A stretch of DNA of 64,000 bases, taken from contig JBNLGJ010000066.1 of the NCBI GenBank assembly GCA_050305995.1, positions 3,036 to 67,035 of the forward strand. Direction: 5' to 3'. The position numbers were made by a program, and so were the translations under genes. The notes under the pieces are model-generated. The model did no database searches and was not told the DNA's origin. It saw only the letters and a list, made by a program, of their open reading frames with translations. Positions 46,008 through 57,682 of the stretch are shown piece by piece (position 1 is the stretch's first letter; the number at the start of each line of letters is the position of its first letter). Source of the stretch: Cellvibrio sp. (GTDB lineage Bacteria; Pseudomonadota; Gammaproteobacteria; Pseudomonadales; Cellvibrionaceae).

Positions 46008-46868
46008 TTGTCTTCTGCAAAATCAGCCTGGCTCAGTTTGCACCTCACCACCTTTTTAATGGGTGCTACCGGGCTTTTCTCCAAACTTATTGAGCTACCC
46101 GCCTGGGACATTACCGGCTATCGCACTTGGATTGCCGCCGGAGTGCTGTTTGCCTGGCTCTACTGGCGCGATCGTCATTTGCGCCTTGAGTCCCGCCGCG
46201 ACTATGGCCGCATGCTGGTGTTGGGGGCGCTGCTCACACTCCATTGGATTACTTTTTTTTATTCCATGCAGGTGGCTAATATTGCCGTGGGCATGCTGTC
46301 CCTCTATGCCTACCCGGTAATGACTGTGTTTTTGGAGCCCTGGATTAAGGGCACCAAGCTGGATTGGCGCGACCTTATCAGTGGCTGCCTGGTGTTATTT
46401 GGCGTTTACTGTTTGGTGCCTGAGTTCAGTTTTGACAACTCCATGACCCAGGGGGTGATTTGGGGGGTGGTATCGGCGCTCACTTTTGCCTTGCGTAATT
46501 TGCTGCTTGGCCTTTGGTTTTCCGGGCAGTCGGCGGTGCGCTCGATGAGTTATCAAGTATTGGTGGTAGCCCTACTGATGACGCCGGTAATTGCCCTTTC
46601 AGCGCATCAGCCAACGTCTCATGACTGGTGGCTATTGCTATTGCTGGGGCTGTTTTTTACCGCCGTTACCCATACCATGTTGGGCCACTCGCTACGCTAC
46701 CTCAAGGCCAAAACCGTGGGCCTGGTGGCCTGCTTGCAGCCGGTGTACGCAGTTATTTACGAAATTCTGCTACTGCGCGAATATCCGGATAAGTCCACCT
46801 TGATTGGCGGCGCTATTATTATGATGGCCGCCATTTATGAGTCGGTCCACGAACACAAACGCACCTAG
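46008..46868 (+). CDS. EamA/DMT-family transporter
   Basis: About 10 TM segments; LHWITFF.S, YPV.TVFLEP, LQPVYA. Confidence 0.88.
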   Translation: MSSAKSAWLSLHLTTFLMGATGLFSKLIELPAWDITGYRTWIAAGVLFAWLYWRDRHLRLESRRDYGRMLVLGALLTLHWITFFYSMQVANIAVGMLSLYAYPVMTVFLEPWIKGTKLDWRDLISGCLVLFGVYCLVPEFSFDNSMTQGVIWGVVSALTFALRNLLLGLWFSGQSAVRSMSYQVLVVALLMTPVIALSAHQPTSHDWWLLLLLGLFFTAVTHTMLGHSLRYLKAKTVGLVACLQPVYAVIYEILLLREYPDKSTLIGGAIIMMAAIYESVHEHKRT

Positions 46869-46915
46869 GTCAATCACCTCTCGCTTGATTGGCATATCAC
46901 GCCAGGGTCTGCGCT

Positions 46916-47710
46916 ATGACTATTCTCTATGTTCCTCACGGCGGCGGGCCATTGCCACTGTTGGGCGATTCCAAGCACCGTGAACTCACTCGGTTTTTAC
47001 AGCAACTGTCTGAGGCGCTATCGCCGCCAGATGCCATAGTGGTAGTCAGTGCCCACTGGGAGGCTGATCCTATTCGGATTTCCAGCGCTGCCGCGCCGGA
47101 GATGCTCTACGACTACTATGGCTTTCCCGACGAGAGCTACCAATTCCAATACCCGGCTCCGGGAAATCCCCGGTTGGCCCAGAGTCTGGCTGAGCATTTG
47201 CGCCGTTTGGGGCTCAAGGTAGAGCTGGATGAAGCGCAGGGCTATGATCACGGCACTTTTGTGCCGCTGATGCTGCTCTATCCGGCAGCCAATATCCCGG
47301 TGGTGCAGGTGTCACTGCACCCCGGCCTGGATGCGCAATTTCATATCAACCTGGGTAAGGCTTTGGCTAGTGCCCTGGGTGATAACTACCTGCTGTTGGG
47401 GTCGGGTATGTCGTTTCACAATATGCGCGCCTTCTTTTCTGCCGACCCTGCTATTTGGCCGCGCAGCCAGGTGTTTGACTCTTGGCTCAATCAAACCCTG
47501 ACCGCCGCCGAGCTGTCGCCAGATGCGCGAGAGCAGCAGTTAGCCAATTGGCTGCAGGCACCCGAGGCGCGTTTTTGCCATCCGCGCGAAGAGCATCTGC
47601 TGCCGCTGATGGTCTGCGCGGGTGCCGCCTGGGCTAAAGGCCTGGAAGCCAGGCGCAATTACAATCACCAGCTACTTGGTACTCAGGTATCGGGCTTTAT
47701 CTGGCGCTAG
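46916..47710 (+). CDS. DODA-type class III extradiol dioxygenase
   Basis: PHGGGPLPL, VSAHWE, YDYYGFP, DHGTFVPL, GSGMSFHN, CHPREEHLLPL. Confidence 0.9.
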   Translation: MTILYVPHGGGPLPLLGDSKHRELTRFLQQLSEALSPPDAIVVVSAHWEADPIRISSAAAPEMLYDYYGFPDESYQFQYPAPGNPRLAQSLAEHLRRLGLKVELDEAQGYDHGTFVPLMLLYPAANIPVVQVSLHPGLDAQFHINLGKALASALGDNYLLLGSGMSFHNMRAFFSADPAIWPRSQVFDSWLNQTLTAAELSPDAREQQLANWLQAPEARFCHPREEHLLPLMVCAGAAWAKGLEARRNYNHQLLGTQVSGFIWR

Positions 47711-47785
47711 ATCTGGCATCAAAAGCATCACATGGAAGTTTGAGCTAGACTCAACGGATTCTCTAATGCAATTGAGTTTGGCCAG

Positions 47786-49054
47786 ATGAAAAAAATACTC
47801 ATAGTTGAAGACAGCGAGATGGTCACCAAGGTGCTGCGCCACCTGCTACAGGCGCAACTGCTGGACTACGACGCTGTCTTTGCCAGCAGCCTGGCGCAAG
47901 CCCAGGCCGCCTTCGAGCAGCATCCCGAGGGCTTTTTTGTCGCCCTGGTGGATTTGAATCTGCCCGATGCACCCAATGGCGAAGTGGTGGATTTCACCCT
48001 GAGCAAAAAAATCCCCAGCATAGTGCTTACCGGCAGCTACGATGAGCAGCGCCGCGAGCAATTGTTTAACAAGGGTATAGTGGATTACGTGACCAAGGAG
48101 GGCCGCTATGCCTACAGTAAAGCCATAGGCATGATTCAGCGCTTGGAAAAAAATCAGCAGATCAAAGTGCTGGTGGTGGACGACTCGGATATGTCGCGCA
48201 AGCATATGGCCAATTTATTTCGCCGTCATTTGTTTCAAGTATTGGAGGCAGTGGACGGAGTAGATGCCATTAAAGTGCTGCTCGACAACCCCGACATTAA
48301 ACTGCTGATCACCGATTACAATATGCCGCGCATGGATGGTTTTGAATTGGTGCGCAACCTGCGCTACAAATACGACAAAACCGATTTGATCATGATTGGT
48401 GTGTCCGGTGACAGTAACGAGGCGCTCTCGGCTAAATTTATTAAGCACGGCGCCAATGACTTTTTGCGCAAACCCTTCCATCCCGAAGAGTTCTATTGCC
48501 GCATTATCCACAACCTGGAATCGCTTGAGCTAATTGAGCAAATCAAATATCAGGCGCAGCGCGATCATCTCACCGGCCTCTATCATCGCTCCTACTTTTT
48601 TAATACGGCGCGCGAGCCCTACCAGCAGGCTAAAGCTAATCAAACTCCGCTAGCCTTGGCAGTAATTAATATTGACCACTTTGCCGCTATTAATGAGCAG
48701 CAGGGCAACGCCTGGGGTGACTATGTGTTGCGCGAGCTTGGCCAGCGCTTGGAGCAGATGCTGGGGCGGTTTTTACTAGCGCGCGCCGACAGTGACGATT
48801 TTTATGTGCTGCTGCCAGGGCTGGATAATGAAAAGGCCGCAGCCTTGTTGAGCAGGGTGAAACACCTATTGGCGAGTGAAGCGCTACAAGTGAATGACCA
48901 GCCGCTTTATCTATCAGTGAGCATTGGCTTAACCAACCAGCAGGGCGACAGCCTGGATATGCAACTGGCTCGTGCAATCAATTACTTGCAGCGAGCCAAA
49001 GAGGCTGGTGGCAGTATGTTGGTGGATGATGGCGACGAAGAGGATACCCATTAA
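47786..49054 (+). CDS. REC-REC-GGDEF protein with degenerate cyclase motif
   Basis: Two receiver domains (VDLNLPD, TDYNMPRMDG); D.LTGLY.R; active site RADSDDF instead of R.GG(D/E)EF. Confidence 0.88.
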   Translation: MKKILIVEDSEMVTKVLRHLLQAQLLDYDAVFASSLAQAQAAFEQHPEGFFVALVDLNLPDAPNGEVVDFTLSKKIPSIVLTGSYDEQRREQLFNKGIVDYVTKEGRYAYSKAIGMIQRLEKNQQIKVLVVDDSDMSRKHMANLFRRHLFQVLEAVDGVDAIKVLLDNPDIKLLITDYNMPRMDGFELVRNLRYKYDKTDLIMIGVSGDSNEALSAKFIKHGANDFLRKPFHPEEFYCRIIHNLESLELIEQIKYQAQRDHLTGLYHRSYFFNTAREPYQQAKANQTPLALAVINIDHFAAINEQQGNAWGDYVLRELGQRLEQMLGRFLLARADSDDFYVLLPGLDNEKAAALLSRVKHLLASEALQVNDQPLYLSVSIGLTNQQGDSLDMQLARAINYLQRAKEAGGSMLVDDGDEEDTH

Positions 49055-49785
49055 AAATTTTTAACTTCGCGTGTCCAGTAAGCTGTAGCGCCCGCCACAG
49101 CGACGGGTGTTACAAAAATATTTAACAAGGGCACCATGCTGCCGAGCAGAATAATCCCGCCAAAGCTATAGCTGGTGAGCGGTTGTTTGTTGAGGCGGCG
49201 ACGCATTTCACGAAAGCTAAGTTTGTGGTTGTCTGCGGGGTAGTCCATATACTGGGCTGCCATACACCAACAGCTCCATATCACGCCTATGCCCGCGCCA
49301 AGCAAGTTGGCGCCGGGGATAAAAAACAGCAGCATAAATAATAAAAACACTAAAAAGCCACGGCTAACAAAATACCAAAGCTTTACCAGTTCGCGCTTAA
49401 GTGTGCGTGGAATCAATTCACTTAAAGGCTCGCTGTTGGGTGCCTGGCCGCATAAATGCTCTTCCACTTTTTCTGCGAGTATGCCGTAAAAAGGCCCGCC
49501 AATAATGTTGGTGATTACATTAAAGCTGTAGCCGTAAACCACAAAAAATAAAAAATACATGACTGGCCAGAGTATCCAACTGAGAAAATTCAGCCAGCTG
49601 GGCAGCCAGGATTGCACTTCGACAATCGCATCGCCAAACAGCGAAAACAGAGCCGCAGTAAGCACAATAAAAATAATCACATTGACCAAAATTGGCACCA
49701 GCACAAAGCGGCGCAGCCCGGGGCGGGTAACCAGGCGCGCACCAGTGACAAAATAGTCAACGGCAAGTTGTGGAGAACCCTGCAT
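49051..49785 (-). CDS. cysZ: Sulfate transporter CysZ (EI24 family)
   Basis: PGLRRFVLVPILVN, PFYGILAEKVE, L.REL.KL.Y, QYMDYPADNHK. Confidence 0.88.
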   Translation of the reverse strand: MQGSPQLAVDYFVTGARLVTRPGLRRFVLVPILVNVIIFIVLTAALFSLFGDAIVEVQSWLPSWLNFLSWILWPVMYFLFFVVYGYSFNVITNIIGGPFYGILAEKVEEHLCGQAPNSEPLSELIPRTLKRELVKLWYFVSRGFLVFLLFMLLFFIPGANLLGAGIGVIWSCWCMAAQYMDYPADNHKLSFREMRRRLNKQPLTSYSFGGIILLGSMVPLLNIFVTPVAVAGATAYWTREVKNF

Positions 49786-50387
49786 TATTGTTTGCTCCTG
49801 AGTTTTAACATCAACAGATCCATAGCGACAAAACTGGCTCCGGCAATTGCGCCGTATAAGTGGGCATCTACCGCCACGGGAACCGGGATTAACGCCTGAA
49901 GTTCATTGGCTTGGTAATTGGCGCTATGCTCCTGCACGATTTTACCTAGCACAATCGCCAGTGCCAGTATCCGCAGCCAGAGTGGGTGGCGCTTAGTGTA
50001 CCAAAGCCCGGCAACTATCAAACCGTGAATAACACCCGAAAGGCCGGCGTAGTTAGCAAGCTCAGGATTGAGACTATAGATGCCTATACCTACTGCCAGG
50101 CAGCAGCAAACAAATAAAGCGGTAAAACGTTTAATACTTAGATCGGTTAAGAGCGCGAAGCTACACAGTAAAAAAGCCGCCAAATTCATCAGTGTATGAG
50201 CCCAGCCAAAATGCACCAGGTTGCCGCTAACCAGTCGCCAGACCTGGCCCTGGGTGACCTGGGTATGGCGCAGTGAAAAAAGATCAAAGCTGGCGTCGCT
50301 GCTAAATCCGCCGGCCAACACCAGGAGTGCAATGAATCCAATCAGACCGTATAGCGCCTGAAATCGGGGAAGTTTAAGGGCTTGCAT
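49785..50387 (-). CDS. Rhombosortase (rhomboid-family protease)
   Basis: QVWRLVSGNLVHFGWAHTLMN, YAGLSGVIHG, VAVDAHLYGA. Confidence 0.85.
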   Translation of the reverse strand: MQALKLPRFQALYGLIGFIALLVLAGGFSSDASFDLFSLRHTQVTQGQVWRLVSGNLVHFGWAHTLMNLAAFLLCSFALLTDLSIKRFTALFVCCCLAVGIGIYSLNPELANYAGLSGVIHGLIVAGLWYTKRHPLWLRILALAIVLGKIVQEHSANYQANELQALIPVPVAVDAHLYGAIAGASFVAMDLLMLKLRSKQ

Positions 50388-51075
50388 AGTTCGTCTTACC
50401 TGGATTTTGCAAAGCGCCAATATCGCCAAATTCCATGTGAATCACCCGCCGTGGGCCTGGCAGAGTGGCTTTGGCTGATGCGTGCAATACCAGGGGCTTC
50501 ATCAGCAACAAGTCGCCCGCATCTGCCGCGCAGTTAATCGCGGGCATGGTTTTGCTAAGGGCGCTAATTTCCCCTTCCGGGATTATTCCCAGTCGATGAG
50601 TTCCGGGGAGGATTTTTAAGCTGCCATTGGTGGGGCTGGCCTTGTCCAGGTGCAGCCTGAGCGTCAGTAGTTGCTGCAAAATTTCAGCGGGTGGCTGTAT
50701 ATGGGCCAGGCCTTCTTTGTAGTGGATTTTGCCCCAGCTGCTTGGATAACGCTCGGTATTATCACATCTGCCAACATTATCGAGTGCCAGGCTGCGATCC
50801 TCGTGCCAGCTGACCTGCCAATTGTTGTCGATGGATTTATTAAAAAAAATCACTCTGAGTAATTGAGCTTGAGCACTCAGGTGTTGCTGCACAACTTGGG
50901 TGATGGCGGCCGATTGGGCGAGCGCAGCGATGGCGGGTATTTGCTGGTCGGCATTGCGTAGATTGGCGCCTGTGCGGCTTGTTGTATGGGCTTCAATTGC
51001 GCGTAGCAGCAGGTCGATTTGCATAGGCGAGGCAAAGGCTCTTAGGAATTCGTAACCCTGGGTTGCCAAAGACAC
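50374..51075 (-). CDS. Phytanoyl-CoA dioxygenase-family (2OG-Fe) protein
   Basis: IFFNKS..NNWQVSWHED, LRLHLD, NGSLKILPGTH, PLVLHAS.K....RRVIHMEF. Confidence 0.82.
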   Translation of the reverse strand: MSLATQGYEFLRAFASPMQIDLLLRAIEAHTTSRTGANLRNADQQIPAIAALAQSAAITQVVQQHLSAQAQLLRVIFFNKSIDNNWQVSWHEDRSLALDNVGRCDNTERYPSSWGKIHYKEGLAHIQPPAEILQQLLTLRLHLDKASPTNGSLKILPGTHRLGIIPEGEISALSKTMPAINCAADAGDLLLMKPLVLHASAKATLPGPRRVIHMEFGDIGALQNPGKTNYASP

Positions 51076-51104
51076 TGAAGAGCCTCCGCTACAGTAACGC
51101 TAAC

Positions 51105-51401
51105 TTATTTTGCGCCCGCGGCTTCCAGCGCCTGGACGTACTCTTCACCGTTGCGGTGGGTTTTTACCATTTGCAAAAAAGTTTTACCCTCTGGGCCAAT
51201 GGCATTCAAGTCGCGGCCGGCTTCGACAAACAATTTAACAAAGGTGGCGAAGTTTTCACCGCGCATACCTCGGTAGGCTTTTTCCATCAGGTGGAAGTCG
51301 GCGTTGACGCCGCTGGGGGCGGTGAAATCCAAAAAGGTTTTGATGCGCGCCTCATCGAAGCTTTCGCCGAGGACTTTTTCTTTGTCTTTGCGTTGACTCA
51401 T
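51105..51401 (-). CDS. PA4642-family protein
   Basis: RKDKEKVLGE.FD..RIK.FL, DFH.MEKAYRGM, F...GRDLNA. Confidence 0.8.
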   Translation of the reverse strand: MSQRKDKEKVLGESFDEARIKTFLDFTAPSGVNADFHLMEKAYRGMRGENFATFVKLFVEAGRDLNAIGPEGKTFLQMVKTHRNGEEYVQALEAAGAK

Positions 51402-51432
51402 TGTAAAAATCTCACCATAAATTGTTAAATCA

Positions 51433-51476
51433 CCCTTTTACAAAAGGGGACGGCTCCTCCCTTTGTAAAAGGGAGG
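51433..51476. repeat. Double palindrome (REP-like) downstream of gatB
   Basis: CCCTTTT-AC-AAAAGGG and CCTCCCTTT-GTA-AAAGGGAGG; the two units are near reverse complements of each other. Confidence 0.7.
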
Positions 51477-51488
51477 CGGGGGGAGGGG

Positions 51489-52934
51489 TTAGCTGTTAAG
51501 TTTTTTCACCAGCAGCTCGTTAAGCGCTTGCGGGTTGGCCTGGCCTTTGGAGGCTTTCATCGCCTGGCCGACAAAGAAGCCGAGCATTTTGCCGCGCTTG
51601 GCTTCGTCGGCGGCGCGGTAACCCTCCACTTGTGCGGCGTTGTTGGCGATTATCTCGTCGATAATTTTTTCCAGGGCGCCAGTATCGGAAACCTGCTTGA
51701 GGCCTTTGGTCTCGATGATGGTGTCGGCATCGCCTTCGCCGTTGCAAATAGCTTCAAACACCTGCTTGGCGATTTTACTGGAGAGGGTGCCATCTTTAAT
51801 GCGTACCACCAGGCCGGCGAGCAGCGCCGGGGTTACCGGCGATTGATCGATGCGCTGTTCGCTGCGGTTCAGGTAGGCGCCCAGGTCGGCCATAATCCAG
51901 TTGGCGGTGAGCTTGGCTTCGCCAGAAATTTTTACCGAGGCTTCAAAGAAGGCGGCGGTAAATTTATCCAGGGTCAGCTGGCCGGCGTCATAGTCGCCCA
52001 GGCCGTATTGCTCGATAAAGCGCGCGCGCTTGGCATCGGGCAGTTCGGGCATCTGCTGGCGCACGCTCTCGATATAGTCATCATCGAGAATCACTGGCAG
52101 CAGGTCGGGGCAGGGGAAGTAGCGGTAGTCGTTGCTGTCTTCTTTGCTGCGCATGCTGCGCGCTTTTTTGGTGTCGCCATTGTACAGGCGGGTTTCCTGG
52201 GTGATCTTGCCGCCGTCTTCGAGCACGTCGATTTGACGCTCCACTTCCAGCGCAATCGCCTCTTCCATAAATTTAAAGGAGTTGAGGTTTTTGGTTTCGG
52301 TGCGGGTGCCGAGCTTGTCCGAGCCTTTGGGGCGGATGGAAATATTCACGTCAAAGCGCATGGAACCCTGGCTCATGTCGCCATCGCAAATTTCCAGCGA
52401 GGTGACAATCGAGTGCAGCTTTTTGGCGAAGGCTACCGCCTCTTCGGCGGAGCGCATATCCGGCTCGGTGACCACTTCGATCAGCGGCGTGCCAGCGCGG
52501 TTTAAATCTATGCCGCTCATGCCGGCAAAGTCTTCGTGCAGGGATTTACCCGCGTCTTCTTCCAGGTGAGCGTGGTGAATGCGCACGCGCTTGCTGCGGC
52601 CGCCTTCCAGCTCCAGGTCCACATAGCCCGCGCCCACAATCGGCTCGGCTAGCTGCGTGGTTTGATAGCCTTTGGGCAGGTCTGGGTAGAAATAGTTTTT
52701 GCGTTCAAACACCGAGCGTTTGCCGATCTCGGCATTCACTGCCAGCCCAAACATAGTGGCGAAGCGGAAGGCCTCGGCGTTGGGCGTGGGCAAGGTGCCG
52801 GGCAGCGCCAGGTCTATGGCACAGGCCTGGGTATTGGGCTCAGCGCCAAAGGCGGTGCTGGCGCCGGAGAAAATTTTGGTTTTGGTGGCGAGCTGAACGT
52901 GCACTTCCAGCCCGATTACGGTTTCCCATTGCAT
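51489..52934 (-). CDS. gatB: Asp/Glu-tRNA amidotransferase subunit B
   Basis: [53 protein letters not shown]. Confidence 0.98.
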   Translation of the reverse strand: MQWETVIGLEVHVQLATKTKIFSGASTAFGAEPNTQACAIDLALPGTLPTPNAEAFRFATMFGLAVNAEIGKRSVFERKNYFYPDLPKGYQTTQLAEPIVGAGYVDLELEGGRSKRVRIHHAHLEEDAGKSLHEDFAGMSGIDLNRAGTPLIEVVTEPDMRSAEEAVAFAKKLHSIVTSLEICDGDMSQGSMRFDVNISIRPKGSDKLGTRTETKNLNSFKFMEEAIALEVERQIDVLEDGGKITQETRLYNGDTKKARSMRSKEDSNDYRYFPCPDLLPVILDDDYIESVRQQMPELPDAKRARFIEQYGLGDYDAGQLTLDKFTAAFFEASVKISGEAKLTANWIMADLGAYLNRSEQRIDQSPVTPALLAGLVVRIKDGTLSSKIAKQVFEAICNGEGDADTIIETKGLKQVSDTGALEKIIDEIIANNAAQVEGYRAADEAKRGKMLGFFVGQAMKASKGQANPQALNELLVKKLNS

Positions 52935-52947
52935 GAGTTTTATCCTC

Positions 52948-54402
52948 TTAGGCGATACCTGGGGCGGTTTGCTGGTGGAAGTCGGTGGCTTGCTGGAATT
53001 GGTGCGCGGCGTTAAGTAGCTGCGCCTCGGCAAAGTAGTTGCCAATTAATTGCAGGCCAACGGGTTTGCCATCGACAAAACCGCAGGGCAGGGACAGGCC
53101 GGGCAGGCCCGCGAGGTTGGTGGACAGGGTGTAAATGTCCTCCAGGTACATGGCCACTGGGTCGGTAGTTTTTTCGCCAAACTTGAACGCCGGTGAGGGC
53201 GCGGTGGGGCCGAGCACCAGATCGACACCTTGGAAGGCATCGACAAAATCCTGCTTGATCAGCCGGCGCACTTTTTGCGCCTTGCTGTAGTAGGCGTCGT
53301 AGTAACCAGCCGACAGAGCATAGGTGCCCACCAGAATACGACGCTTCACCTCATCGCCAAAACCTTCACTGCGCGAGCGCAGATACAGGTCCATCAGGTC
53401 TTTGGGGTTCTCACAGCGATGGCCGTAGCGTACGCCGTCAAAGCGCGACAGGTTGGCCGAGGCTTCGGCGGGCGCGATCACATAGTAGGAGGGCACCGCC
53501 AAATGGGTGTGTGGCAGGCTGATACTGTGAATGCTGGCACCCAGGCTCTCGTAGGTTTTGATCGCCGCTTGCACGCAGGCGGCCACGCCCGCATTCAGGC
53601 CTTCGCCAAAGTATTCTTTGGGTACGCCAATGCGCAGGCCTGCGAGTGGCTTGTTGAGCTCGGCGCTGTAGTCGGGTACCTCGCGCTCGACACAGGTGGA
53701 ATCCTTAGCGTCGTAGCTGGCCAGGGTGTTGAGCAGCAGCGCCGCATCTTCAGCGGTGCGCGCAATCACCCCCGCCTGATCCAGGCTGGAGGCATAGGCG
53801 ATCATGCCCCAGCGGGACACGCGACCATAGGTGGGTTTGATGCCCGTCAGGCCGCAAAAGGCCGCTGGCTGGCGAATCGAACCGCCGGTGTCTGATGCCG
53901 TGGAGGCTGGAGCCAATTGGGCGGCTACAGCTGCTGCCGATCCACCCGAAGAGCCTCCGGGTACCGAGTCGGTTGCCCAGGGGTTTTTCACCGGGCCATA
54001 CCAGCTTGTCTCGTTGGAGGAGCCCATGGCGAACTCGTCCATATTGGTTTTGCCCAGCATTACCACACCGGCATTCAGGTAGTTTTCTACTATGGTGGCG
54101 TTGTAGGGGGCGATAAATTTGTCGAGCATTTTGGAGCCGCAGGAGGTGCGCACGCCGGTAGTACAAAAAATATCCTTGTGAGCGATGGGCACGCCACAAA
54201 GAGTAGGGGCATTGCCCGCAGCTAAGCGCTGATCGGCGGCGGCGGCCTGCTGTAGGGCTATATCGCCGGTAACAGTGATATAGGAGTTATAGGCGCCATC
54301 GAGGCGAGCAATGCGATCCAGATAGTGCTGGGTCAGCTCCTGGCTGGAAAAGTCCTTGTTTTGCAGGCCTTTTACCAACTGGGCGATAGTGTAGTTATGC
54401 AT
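52948..54402 (-). CDS. gatA: Asp/Glu-tRNA amidotransferase subunit A
   Basis: [64 protein letters not shown]. Confidence 0.98.
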   Translation of the reverse strand: MHNYTIAQLVKGLQNKDFSSQELTQHYLDRIARLDGAYNSYITVTGDIALQQAAAADQRLAAGNAPTLCGVPIAHKDIFCTTGVRTSCGSKMLDKFIAPYNATIVENYLNAGVVMLGKTNMDEFAMGSSNETSWYGPVKNPWATDSVPGGSSGGSAAAVAAQLAPASTASDTGGSIRQPAAFCGLTGIKPTYGRVSRWGMIAYASSLDQAGVIARTAEDAALLLNTLASYDAKDSTCVEREVPDYSAELNKPLAGLRIGVPKEYFGEGLNAGVAACVQAAIKTYESLGASIHSISLPHTHLAVPSYYVIAPAEASANLSRFDGVRYGHRCENPKDLMDLYLRSRSEGFGDEVKRRILVGTYALSAGYYDAYYSKAQKVRRLIKQDFVDAFQGVDLVLGPTAPSPAFKFGEKTTDPVAMYLEDIYTLSTNLAGLPGLSLPCGFVDGKPVGLQLIGNYFAEAQLLNAAHQFQQATDFHQQTAPGIA

Positions 54403-54454
54403 TCGGCAGTTTCCTGATCCGGCATTCACAAAGGGAATGTGTCTTCAAAAGGGG

Positions 54455-54742
54455 TTAGTCAATAACCTGGGGAACCAGGTAGAGGCCGCTCTCGGTGGCT
54501 GGCGCTATGGCTTGGAACTGCTCGCGCTGATTGCTTTCAGTCACGGCATCCGGGCGCAGGCGTTGGGTTGCATCCAGCGGGTGGGCCATGGGTAAAACAT
54601 CTTTTGTATCAACGGCTTGTAGTTGATCGACCAGTGATAGCACCTCGGAAATACTGGTGGCTACCTGGGTTGCTGCTTCATCGCTAATGGCGATGCGCGC
54701 CAAGTGGGCAAGCTTGGCAATATCTGCTGAGTTAACGGCCAT
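54455..54742 (-). CDS. gatC: Asp/Glu-tRNA amidotransferase subunit C
   Basis: IAKLAHLARI, PMAHPL, RLRPD.V, GLYLVPQVID. Confidence 0.95.
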   Translation of the reverse strand: MAVNSADIAKLAHLARIAISDEAATQVATSISEVLSLVDQLQAVDTKDVLPMAHPLDATQRLRPDAVTESNQREQFQAIAPATESGLYLVPQVID

Positions 54743-55128
54743 GGGGAGTGACTCCAGAAATGCAGTGCCAGCGCGTCAAGCGGTGGCGATTGAGTGTTAA
54801 TCCGCACAAAAATGGGCGCTAAAGTTACCATAGTTTGCAGCGCTTGTGGCCTGACACTTGGCAGTGTCAATAAAATCTCAGCCAAGTTAAGAAAAAATCG
54901 TAGAAATTTGCACTAAGCTCGTGATTTAGCTCAGATAAAATGAAATTTTTCACTTATACTGCTGGCCTTAAAACTCGCGCAGGAACTTTTTACTCGCTGC
55001 GCGGTACAAGTCTCGCACAGCTATAAAAATAGCCTGCGCACTAAGCCAGGGAACGGTGAATGCGCGCGTAATTTACTACGCAGATTTGCCATCTAAAGGG
55101 GACATTGGTTTTGGGAAGCACTGAATAA

Positions 55129-56226
<1,098 letters not shown>

Positions 56227-56291
56227 TATTGTTCAGGCGGTGATTGGTAATTTGGCACCAGTCGCCGCCGGGATCGACGGGAGACCTCATT

Positions 56292-57191
56292 ATTAAACCG
56301 CTATTTTCCAAAGGCCCTTCTGCCACTGGTCGCGCCTTTGTGCTCATCTTTATCATGATGGGCCTGGTGGTTGCCAGCCTTTATACCAACAAGCTTGAGC
56401 CCATCCGGCAAAAGCTGTCCTTTTTGATTACCCCCTTTTATCAGCTCACCGATGTGCCGACTCGGATCAACGATTGGCGCAAAGAGACCTTTGTCTCGCG
56501 CAGTGATCTTATCTCCGAGAATGAAACCCTTAAAACCGAGCTGTTGATTCACCAGCGCAAACTCCAGCAAATGGCGGCACTGGCGGCGGAAAACCTGCGT
56601 CTGCGTCAGTTGCTCAATGCCAGTGAGATGCTACAGGATTCGGTATTGATTGCCGAGTTGATCGGTATTTCGCCCAACCCTCTGAGCCACAAGGTGATTA
56701 TCAATCGCGGCAGCAAGGCAGGCGTATTTCTCGGCCAGCCAGTGCTGGATGCCTTTGGTCTTATGGGGCAGGTGGTGGAAGTAAGTGATCAAAGCAGCAC
56801 AGTGCTGCTGATTTCTGATTCGACCCATGCGATTCCTGTACAGGTGAACCGCAATGGTGTGCGCGCCATTGCTGAAGGTACTGGCGATCTTAACCGCTTG
56901 AGCTTGCGCCATGTCTCTGCCAATACCGATATTCGCGAGGGTGATCTACTGGTGAGCTCTGGCTTGGGCGAGCGTTTCCCGGTGGGTTACCCGGTAGCCG
57001 AAGTCGATAAGGTGGTGCGCGACCCAGGTAAAGCCTTTTTAACGGTGACCGCCAAGCCTATGGCGCGCCTGGATCGCAGTCGCCATGTACTTTTGGTATT
57101 TGAAAATCGCGAGCGCAATCTGATCCCCGGCACATTAACTCCCGGAGATGCCAGCCGTGCAGGTGCGCAAAAGGCAGGGGTCAAACCTTGA
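56292..57191 (+). CDS. mreC: Rod shape-determining protein MreC (probable ATT start)
   Basis: KPLFSKGPS N-terminus, LAAENLRLRQLL, GLMGQV, IPVQVNRNG, TSG-like VSSGLGERFP.GYPVA; GGGAG RBS 8 nt before ATT 56292. Confidence 0.93.
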   Translation: MKPLFSKGPSATGRAFVLIFIMMGLVVASLYTNKLEPIRQKLSFLITPFYQLTDVPTRINDWRKETFVSRSDLISENETLKTELLIHQRKLQQMAALAAENLRLRQLLNASEMLQDSVLIAELIGISPNPLSHKVIINRGSKAGVFLGQPVLDAFGLMGQVVEVSDQSSTVLLISDSTHAIPVQVNRNGVRAIAEGTGDLNRLSLRHVSANTDIREGDLLVSSGLGERFPVGYPVAEVDKVVRDPGKAFLTVTAKPMARLDRSRHVLLVFENRERNLIPGTLTPGDASRAGAQKAGVKP

Positions 57192-57682
57192 TGTTTGCCT
57201 CGCGCTTCAGTCTCTGGCTGCTAATGGGCACCAGTTTCCTGGTGGCCCAGGTGCTCTCGGTCTACCCGCTGCCCTTTGAATGGCGCTGGTGGCGGCCTGA
57301 GTTTGTGGTGATGGTGGCTATTTTTTGGATGATGCTCAACCCGCTAACGACCAGTTTGATTTTTATCGCACTGGTGGGGCTGTTTCAGGATCTCCTTGAA
57401 AGCGTGCCCTTCGGTGAGCATGGCTTGGGCTTATTAATTGTTTCCTACCTTTGCGTTCTTTCCTATCAGCGAGTGCGCAATTTCCCCTTGTGGAAACAGG
57501 CCGGTTGGGTTTTTGTGCTGGTGGGAATTGCCCAGCTCACTGATAACTGGGTGCATGGAATGGCCGGTCAGCAACTGTCCGGGCTCTCCTTTCTCTACCC
57601 TGCAATCACTAGTGCACTGCTTTGGCCGCTAGTGCAATTAAGCATGGATTCACTCTGTCGTCGCTATCATGTGCACAACTGA
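57191..57682 (+). CDS. mreD: Rod shape-determining protein MreD
   Basis: WRPEFV.MV.IFW, GL.QDLLE..P.GEH.L, QRVRNFPLWKQA. Confidence 0.93.
   Translation: MFASRFSLWLLMGTSFLVAQVLSVYPLPFEWRWWRPEFVVMVAIFWMMLNPLTTSLIFIALVGLFQDLLESVPFGEHGLGLLIVSYLCVLSYQRVRNFPLWKQAGWVFVLVGIAQLTDNWVHGMAGQQLSGLSFLYPAITSALLWPLVQLSMDSLCRRYHVHN

Noticed and set aside
49785-50387. Local GlyGly-CTERM substrate for the rhombosortase
   Set aside because: No protein in the window ends in a GG-TM-basic tail.
51528-52505. 325-aa plus-strand ORF (likewise 53230-53895, 22639-23454, 5915-6505, 4973-5581 and many shorter ones)
   Set aside because: Antisense shadows of well-supported genes (gatB, gatA, flavin reductase/peroxidase, ppc); no motifs or RBS.
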